Source of the DNA: a virus
Taxonomy: Duplodnaviria > Caudoviricetes
Reading direction: 5' to 3' (one strand)
Virus record (IMG/VR): IMGVR_UViG_3300037067_020597
Coordinates: 10,963-74,962 of that record
Length of the DNA stretch: 64,000 nt
Shown here: in pieces, positions 57,577 to 64,000 of the stretch
Position numbering within the stretch: position 1 is the first letter of the stretch
How the letters are laid out: every line of letters starts with the position of its first letter
Program-made: the position numbers and the translations under genes
The notes under the pieces: generated by a model
What the model was told of the DNA's origin: nothing
Seen by the model: only the letters and a program-made list of their open reading frames with translations
Database searches by the model: none

Positions 57577-59717
57577 GTGACAATTCTACTATTACTCTAG
57601 ATCGGTTCTTGAATGCACGCGAGCGGCCACTCGATGCGCGTTTCCCTGGCATATATCGAGCAATAGTAGTAGAAACGAACGATCCATTAAATATGCATCG
57701 TATCAGGTTCAAATGCCCTGAAATGCACGATTGGGATCTGAAACCAGAAGAATGTCCATGGGCAGTTTCTCAATTTATACTTGGTGGTAAGCGCGCTGGT
57801 TCTTGGGTATCACCGTGTATTGGTGACTGGGTTTGGATAGATTTTGAGAAGCAGCACCCATATGGTCCTGTATGGGTCGGTTTTTGTACTCCTACTAGAA
57901 GAAAGTTCTATTCGTATCCGTCTATATATGGCGTTACTCCTCTCCCAGTAGATTCGAACGGGACAGCAATCGATCCTCCAGATGATTATAACAAAGACTA
58001 TCTGCCTAAAGATTCTCGACCTATGAGCAACGGTTTGGCGGATAGATATGGTAATCTTGATTTGATGAGTTCAGTAGGTTTCTTTCCTGTAGAGCATAAA
58101 GAGAAACCTCCTGGACCCGACAATGATCCTTTGCAGTCACAAACTAGCACTGATAAAGATGGCAACGTAACACCATATAAGCAGACTACCTTGCCCCCGG
58201 TAATGAACAATCCTGATCAAAAGTGTATGATCAGGATGAGCAAATATGGTCACCTTTTATTAATGGGAGACCAAGGATATCATTGGCAAATACCTGACTC
58301 ACAGGGCGGATCTGCAGTATCCGACACTGGGGAATTTTATGGTGATGCTGAGAAAGATGAGTCTTGGGAGATTGCACGTTGGAAGTACCTGCAAAAGCTT
58401 ATCAATGAGGATGCTGCACATGGTGCAGACCAACGTAGAATGATGTCATGGACCAGATATGGCCATAAGTTTGAGATGAGAGATGTTGGATGGAATAAGA
58501 CACGTGACGGTGAGTATGGTAAGCCGCGCACGATATCGAATAACACAAAAGATGAACGATGGATTAAACTACGTACTAAAGGCGGTATGTTGTTTCAGAT
58601 GTCAGATATAGGGTTTGATCCTGTAGATGACACTTTTGTTAAACGGAAGTTGCTGGACGAGGTTGGAGCAAAAACAGAACAAGAGAACGTGTATTGGAAT
58701 CGCGATGCTCGATGGATACGATATGTCACCAGATATGGTTTTAAATTCGTTTTAGATGATCGCGGTTCAGATGCAAAAAATGCAGATTCACAAGAAAACC
58801 CACGTGGATATGGTGTTTTAATAAAGGGTCGACGGACACCAGGTGCTCAAGGAGAGATTGTTGAAGGAGACCCTAGGGGTTTTTACTGGGAATTTAATGA
58901 ACGTGATCAGCTTAATCAAACAACATGGGGATCTCCACTAGGCATAACAGCCCAAATAAGTGATAAATTACAATATTTCATGATCGCTGGTAAGCCAGAT
59001 TATCCCATGCCATGGCGTGGTATAAAGGATAATGAGTTTTTAGATTCGTGTCTGGTATATGGTGATACCGAATTAACGTCACACCATCTTAAAATTGACT
59101 TTCATAATGAGTATATTCGATTTAAGACTGCTGGTGGCAATGCTACAGACCTTCCTTGGGCTCTAAGTGGATCGGGTATAGTTAATCCATTGGGAGCTCA
59201 AGGAGTACAGCAAGGTTTGGAGTGTAGAGATGGTAGTAAAGATGATGATCCTTGGACTGAACTTGTCGATATTCATGATCGCGGTCTGTGGTTTTCCGGT
59301 AAAGAGAAATTAACAGTATGTCGTGCGAGGCAAGAGCCTGATGCAGTAAAAATCTGTTGGTGGTTTGATGAGATTAAGAAGGAAATAGTTATAAGAAATT
59401 CTGAATCCGGTAAGATTCAGATAGCCTGCAATGGTGATGTGGAAGTCATAGCCGGTCAAGATATTAAAGCATATGCCAACCGCGACGTGACTGTACGCAG
59501 CAATAATAAAGTCACATTAATGGGTGGTAGCGGCATGCTTGAGATAGATTCTCAGTTTGTTAAAATTAACAAAGTATTGCGATGGAAGGGATTTGATAGC
59601 GAGGTACCCATTGAACCGCCAGATGTTCTCACACCGTCGAGTACGCCGCAATTGAAGCCGACTAACCGTGGGGCTAGGTACAATGAGGACTTGGAACGTA
59701 ACAAAGATATAGTATGA
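57573..59717 (+). CDS. Baseplate hub/spike protein, gp5/VgrG-like
   Basis: OB domain GIYRAIVV..NDP....RI...CP..H...WA...P.IGDWVW..FE..HP..PVW; C-terminal beta-helix-like repeats; no recognisable lysozyme domain. Confidence 0.8.
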   Translation: MSDNSTITLDRFLNARERPLDARFPGIYRAIVVETNDPLNMHRIRFKCPEMHDWDLKPEECPWAVSQFILGGKRAGSWVSPCIGDWVWIDFEKQHPYGPVWVGFCTPTRRKFYSYPSIYGVTPLPVDSNGTAIDPPDDYNKDYLPKDSRPMSNGLADRYGNLDLMSSVGFFPVEHKEKPPGPDNDPLQSQTSTDKDGNVTPYKQTTLPPVMNNPDQKCMIRMSKYGHLLLMGDQGYHWQIPDSQGGSAVSDTGEFYGDAEKDESWEIARWKYLQKLINEDAAHGADQRRMMSWTRYGHKFEMRDVGWNKTRDGEYGKPRTISNNTKDERWIKLRTKGGMLFQMSDIGFDPVDDTFVKRKLLDEVGAKTEQENVYWNRDARWIRYVTRYGFKFVLDDRGSDAKNADSQENPRGYGVLIKGRRTPGAQGEIVEGDPRGFYWEFNERDQLNQTTWGSPLGITAQISDKLQYFMIAGKPDYPMPWRGIKDNEFLDSCLVYGDTELTSHHLKIDFHNEYIRFKTAGGNATDLPWALSGSGIVNPLGAQGVQQGLECRDGSKDDDPWTELVDIHDRGLWFSGKEKLTVCRARQEPDAVKICWWFDEIKKEIVIRNSESGKIQIACNGDVEVIAGQDIKAYANRDVTVRSNNKVTLMGGSGMLEIDSQFVKINKVLRWKGFDSEVPIEPPDVLTPSSTPQLKPTNRGARYNEDLERNKDIV

Positions 59718-60421
59718 TTATAAGCTACCCGACAGCACTGTATTCATCGGCAATCCCACAGACTGCTTCTGACAGCGGAAATGTTACATATACTATAAGT
59801 ATGACATCGCCACCCAATGGCTCTTTGACGGAAGTCCAACTACCGTCAGCAATAGAGCGCAGGCAGCGGTCGCCCATAGATACTACTAAGCCAGATGGCC
59901 AGAGAGTTTATACAGATAATCTTGCTGGGCCATCATCTATAGGCTCCGCTAAGAAACAATTTGAAGTTGGACAGGTACTTGAGTTTGTAACATCTCAAGA
60001 ATCGACATTGCAACCCATGTTGGTATCGGATTCATTGGAAGTACGGCATGACACCAATGTACTCGATTTAGCATCTCTTGGAGTATCACAAGCTGATATA
60101 GAGACAATCAACAAATCCGCCGATACTCAATTTACTACACTCAATGCTGAATTGAGTGTAGTAATACAGGACAGAATGGATATAGAGACAGCAATTGCTG
60201 AGAATCAAAAGAATATAAACGAGACTCAGAAAGCGATAGATGCACTTATTCAACTGATTCAGCACGATCCGTCGCTACAAAATGTTTTAGATTCTTTACG
60301 TATTAAGTTAGCGGAATTTGCAGCAGAGAGTACCATTTTAGTTGAAAGAGCAAACGTACAAGCAGCATTGGCATCAAGTTTGGAAAACCAAATATTGGCT
60401 GTTGCTCAAATGGTGAGATAG
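59714..60421 (+). CDS. Hypothetical coiled-coil baseplate-associated protein
   Basis: Heptad-rich C-terminal half; coupled to the gp5-like gene. Confidence 0.6.
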   Translation: MIISYPTALYSSAIPQTASDSGNVTYTISMTSPPNGSLTEVQLPSAIERRQRSPIDTTKPDGQRVYTDNLAGPSSIGSAKKQFEVGQVLEFVTSQESTLQPMLVSDSLEVRHDTNVLDLASLGVSQADIETINKSADTQFTTLNAELSVVIQDRMDIETAIAENQKNINETQKAIDALIQLIQHDPSLQNVLDSLRIKLAEFAAESTILVERANVQAALASSLENQILAVAQMVR

Positions 60422-60535
60422 ATGGATGTAGTAATCAAAAGATGTAGCGTATATGGCCAGATGTACTAATTGCTACCTGAGACGGATAATCATGACGAGC
60501 ACTAATGATAAAGTAATGAAAGTGAGAGGTGCAGC

Positions 60536-60979
60536 ATGAGTAAAGAAACATATTATGGGTTTAATCCGCCGTTTCTTTCGGCTGTGCAGACAACCGCAAA
60601 TACAAATCCGTCGAACACCGAACCAAATCGTTATCGTGGCATATTGCCACGACAGGTCGATATGCGTCTTATTAAAAATGATATATTGCAATTGTTATTC
60701 ACTATTCCGGGAGAACGTGTTCATCGACCTACATTTGGGACGACACTTCGTTCAACCGTGTTTGAGCCTATGACAGACAGGGTTATGTCTGACTTGCGGT
60801 CCAATATCATTTCTGCGATAAATGATAATGAACCACGACTGATCAATGTCGATGTACAATTAGCGGCTGTACCTGCAGATTTATTGCTTAAGGTTACGGT
60901 ATCTGGGAATATGAGTTATGCTCCAACTGAACAATTTTTGCTGGATACATCAATACCAGCGCCAGGAGTCGCGACATGA
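60536..60979 (+). CDS. Baseplate wedge protein, gp25-like
   Basis: LLFTIPGERVHRPTFG..L...VFEP...I...EPR. Confidence 0.88.
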   Translation: MSKETYYGFNPPFLSAVQTTANTNPSNTEPNRYRGILPRQVDMRLIKNDILQLLFTIPGERVHRPTFGTTLRSTVFEPMTDRVMSDLRSNIISAINDNEPRLINVDVQLAAVPADLLLKVTVSGNMSYAPTEQFLLDTSIPAPGVAT

Positions 60980-62598
60980 GTGATGAATTAGAAAACACAA
61001 TGTTTGAGTTGCCTCTGTCGCCAGATGAATTCAGCGTAATGCTGCCACCGGCTAAATTACGCCGTATTGATTTTAGTGCATTGGATTTTGATACATCAAG
61101 ACGTGCTATTATTGAGTATATCAGAACCTACTATCCAAATGACTTTAATGATTGGGTCGCACACAGCGGAATAATGATGTTGATAGAGACTCAGGCTAAC
61201 AATGTGGCCAAATTGAGTCTGCGATCAGATTTATTGTCGAACGAAGCTTTTCTTCCGACATGTCAAACTGAAGCTGCGCTTATAGAGCATTTAGCTTTAA
61301 TTAATCAGACTGTAAAGCCACAGACGCCAGCTGTTGTCGATATTGAAGTATCGGTGCAAACAGCACTCACTATAAGTCTTGATATTGATGCAGGCGCAAG
61401 ATTTACTATTACTGGCCCAGACGGGCAGCCACTATACTATGAACTATTCAGAGCACCAGGTGACTTTACCAGCACAATTACAATTCCTGCTGGCAAGCGC
61501 GGTGTTATAGGATATGGTATAGAAGGTCGATTTGCTGGACCAGCTAAACTGTATAGTCCTGGAGGCCCAAATCAGACATACACAATAAAAGCGTCTAATA
61601 TATTGCAGGAGCCAATCACAGTAGATGTCTATACTGGTGATACATCAACGTCATGGAGAGTCACCACAGATCCGCTTGAAACTTATGATGCCGATGCTGA
61701 AGTTGTCAATGTGACTTTCTACACAGATCGCATTGAATTATTATTTGGCGACGACATAAACGGTAAAGCTCCTCTTGCGGGGCAAGAAATAGATGTTAAT
61801 TATAGAGTTGGAGGTGGTGTAAGAGGAAGAATAGGTAGCTATGCGATAAATGAATCTAGATCGATATTGCCGTCTTCGCCATCGAGTGCAACCGCTCCAG
61901 TACAGGTCACTTTTAGAAATCTTGTTTCAAGCTCTGGTGGCACAGATCGTGAGACATTAGAGCAAGCGAAAAAACGAGCACCGCGAGATTTTGCAGTCAG
62001 AGCTTTTGCGTCCGATAGGCCAGCCAGCATTACAACTGCCTCTGATTATGCACAAGTCATCAGTAGTTTTTCGAGTCCAGTCTATGGGTCTGTCGCAAAG
62101 GCTGTGGCGACTATTCGTACAGATTTAAATGCAAATCTTGTTGAGCTTTATATATTAGCATATGGTGAGGATGGTCTCGTTACTCCTAGTCTGGGATTAA
62201 AACAAGCCGTATCCACATATGTCGATGAGTATAATGTGCTCACAGATACAGTCAGCGTCCTAGATGGTGCAATAAAATCGATTTCTATCGATATGACTGT
62301 CGTAGTTAATAGAAATGCTGATGCATCTGTAGTTCGCACAAACGTCAATGCGGCTTTAGATGATTTTTTCAATGTAAATAATAGAGACCTCGGTCAGCCG
62401 CTGTACGTGTCGGATATCATTGAAGCTGCATCAAATGTCGACGGGGTTTCGTACGTTGATTTGTTCGATCCGGCTAATAACATTCTTCAAACCAATCAGC
62501 TTGCCGATCCAGAAGATAAAACTGGTGTTGGAATAAATGAGATTATCGTAGAAGGTAGTCGAAATGTGAAATTCTTCTACGAGAAATCACGAATCTAG
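60976..62598 (+). CDS. Baseplate wedge protein, gp6 / baseplate-J-like
   Basis: DFSALDFD, YYPNDFNDW, E.FL.T, FGDDINGK.P, YRVGGG..G, SSGG.D.E.LE..K.RAP, TASDY. Confidence 0.88.
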   Translation: MSDELENTMFELPLSPDEFSVMLPPAKLRRIDFSALDFDTSRRAIIEYIRTYYPNDFNDWVAHSGIMMLIETQANNVAKLSLRSDLLSNEAFLPTCQTEAALIEHLALINQTVKPQTPAVVDIEVSVQTALTISLDIDAGARFTITGPDGQPLYYELFRAPGDFTSTITIPAGKRGVIGYGIEGRFAGPAKLYSPGGPNQTYTIKASNILQEPITVDVYTGDTSTSWRVTTDPLETYDADAEVVNVTFYTDRIELLFGDDINGKAPLAGQEIDVNYRVGGGVRGRIGSYAINESRSILPSSPSSATAPVQVTFRNLVSSSGGTDRETLEQAKKRAPRDFAVRAFASDRPASITTASDYAQVISSFSSPVYGSVAKAVATIRTDLNANLVELYILAYGEDGLVTPSLGLKQAVSTYVDEYNVLTDTVSVLDGAIKSISIDMTVVVNRNADASVVRTNVNAALDDFFNVNNRDLGQPLYVSDIIEAASNVDGVSYVDLFDPANNILQTNQLADPEDKTGVGINEIIVEGSRNVKFFYEKSRI

Positions 62599-62608
62599 AG
62601 AATAAATC

Positions 62609-62980
62609 ATGCACATACCGGTAGGTCCTGTTTTAGGTAAAGTGTGGGGAACTACACAAAGCATATTCAATTTCAACAATGTTGATGTTAATAGATTGCT
62701 TTCGACTGCACGTGGCTATTGTTCAGAGCACTATCACAATTGCAAATTCTCTCGATTGTTTGTGCTTCGGGGGAAAATGAAGGTTACGATTTTTCGTGAT
62801 AATGACGTCACAGACGAAATTGTCTTAACTGCTGGCATGTGTACTGATGTACCGCCACGCGTATGGCATAAATTCGAAACGTTAGAAGATTCTGATACGA
62901 TAGAGATCTATTGGGTCGCACTTGACGACGATGATATTGAAAGAAGAACAACCGGTGGAATCAGCAGCCAAACAATGTGA
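62609..62980 (+). CDS. Cupin-fold protein (sugar isomerase/epimerase-like)
   Basis: KVWG, CSEHYH, G.M.V, VPP.VWHKF, EIY. Confidence 0.75.
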   Translation: MHIPVGPVLGKVWGTTQSIFNFNNVDVNRLLSTARGYCSEHYHNCKFSRLFVLRGKMKVTIFRDNDVTDEIVLTAGMCTDVPPRVWHKFETLEDSDTIEIYWVALDDDDIERRTTGGISSQTM

Positions 62981-63335
62981 TTTGCTGGATAAAGTCATTC
63001 CACTTTGGTTGATTGTTTTTGACCAAGATCCAACAAAAGCATATATCTGCACTACTAAAAATAAAGTGCTGGCATCTGTAGAAGGTGCAATTCGCGGCAC
63101 GTATGGCGATTCTTCTGACTTGTTAGTTCGTCCTGTGATAAGCCAGATAAACAAAGCGTGGGGGCAATCGTTTATAAGCTTACGGTGCCCTCCATCTTTA
63201 GATTTATTTGTGCATAGATTAGAGATTGATAAGTATAATCCAATTGGCAAAATATTGTTAGAGTGCTACGATGCACTACCAACTTGCCCATTGCGCAGCA
63301 GAATCGCTAAGCTATTCGTCGACGTGCCTGCCTAG
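62922..63335 (+). CDS. Hypothetical protein; start uncertain
   Basis: 137-aa ORF overlapping the cupin 3' end. Confidence 0.5.
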   Translation: MTTMILKEEQPVESAAKQCDLLDKVIPLWLIVFDQDPTKAYICTTKNKVLASVEGAIRGTYGDSSDLLVRPVISQINKAWGQSFISLRCPPSLDLFVHRLEIDKYNPIGKILLECYDALPTCPLRSRIAKLFVDVPA

Positions 63336-63625
63336 GAAGATATATCTTCATTGATCTTGTGTTTAAGATCGCGTAGCATTTTAGCTAATATGCATGCTTG
63401 ATCGTATATATGGCCGTGATTGTAAATAAACGGCGTTGATGGGTGCTCTGGGTCTAAAACAATGGCGATTGCAATGGGTACTTTGGCCTCTTCACAAACT
63501 GTGCGGAATCCAGTCATAAAGAGATCGAATCGCTGTTCAAACTCTACTTGTGCATCTTTTTGTGATGCATCCTCGCCAGCGACTTCTTGAGGTTTCTTGA
63601 CATCGTTTTTTACTGATTTCGCCAT
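63332..63625 (-). CDS. Hypothetical protein
   Basis: 97-aa ORF; GAGAAC upstream. Confidence 0.6.
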   Translation of the reverse strand: MAKSVKNDVKKPQEVAGEDASQKDAQVEFEQRFDLFMTGFRTVCEEAKVPIAIAIVLDPEHPSTPFIYNHGHIYDQACILAKMLRDLKHKINEDISS

Positions 63626-63667
63626 GAGTGTTCTCTAGTATTGGAGTGTGGTCACAAGGAAAGTACA

Positions 63668-64000
63668 ATGACTCAAATACTAGAATCTCCTACAACTACA
63701 TTACGCACATGGCAATGGTGCCAAGAAGCGTTTGCAGCACATGGCATTAAGTTATCATTCCCAAAGAATACAAATCCTCAAAAGACTTATCAATGGCGAT
63801 ATGTCACGAGATTAACCCACAAAATAGATGAATGGGGACTAGATAAACCTACGGCGAAGGCATTTATCAGTTTTGCAGTAGGATATGTCAAAGAGCAGAG
63901 ATTGCTACATAAAGGTTTATCTGTGTTCTTTCAGAATAATATGATGGATATTTGCTACAACCGTATGAAAAGTCATTCTTCACTCTCACATGACAGAATT
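63668..64000 (+). CDS. Hypothetical protein, truncated by the window edge
   Basis: AAGGAA SD; open frame MTQILESPTTTLRTWQWCQ... to the end of the window. Confidence 0.6.
   Translation, partial: MTQILESPTTTLRTWQWCQEAFAAHGIKLSFPKNTNPQKTYQWRYVTRLTHKIDEWGLDKPTAKAFISFAVGYVKEQRLLHKGLSVFFQNNMMDICYNRMKSHSSLSHDRI

Noticed and set aside
1-64000. Stop-codon reassignment (TAG or TGA recoding, as in some large phages)
   Set aside because: Conserved genes are intact under code 11, and TAA, TAG and TGA all end genes at sensible positions
1-64000. CRISPR array, tRNA genes, or a diversity-generating retroelement
   Set aside because: I found by eye no regularly spaced direct repeats, no cloverleaf with a TTC loop, and no reverse transcriptase or TR/VR pair; tRNAscan/CRISPR tools would be needed to be certain

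Overview
This window is a 64-kb piece of a large lytic dsDNA myovirus genome (T4-like or jumbo-phage-like, standard genetic code, densely coding, mostly + strand). The left third is replication and recombination: a PHP-less DnaE with a Zn-ribbon insert, family-4 UDG, RecA, a DnaB-like helicase, a GroES-like protein, a short divergent PolA-like protein, a UvsY-like protein, a gp32-like SSB, a 5'-3' exonuclease and an HNH::resolvase fusion, plus two collagen-like fibre genes. The middle holds a ligase-like gene, a P-loop kinase and a three-glycosyltransferase cluster. The right half is contractile-tail morphogenesis: neck gp13/14/15-like genes, sheath, a Hef-like endonuclease, three tube paralogues, gp26/gp51-like genes, two large host-like adhesin proteins (one with a planctomycete-type dockerin), a primase, hub, tape measure and baseplate genes. 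The most notable signals are: (i) two genes that appear to start at ATT; (ii) a candidate +1/-2 frameshift joining the gp26- and gp51-like ORFs; (iii) a possible virion glycosylation system, with one GT sharing a small domain with a tail-locus protein and many Ser/Pro- and GAT-rich candidate substrates; (iv) an N-terminal (L/I)L(S/T/N)E motif on five small proteins; (v) a CAAAnATA candidate late promoter; and (vi) domains suggesting a Planctomycetota host. All product calls come from motif recognition by eye; no database searches were run. I saw no tRNA, rRNA, CRISPR array, intein, capsid or terminase gene.
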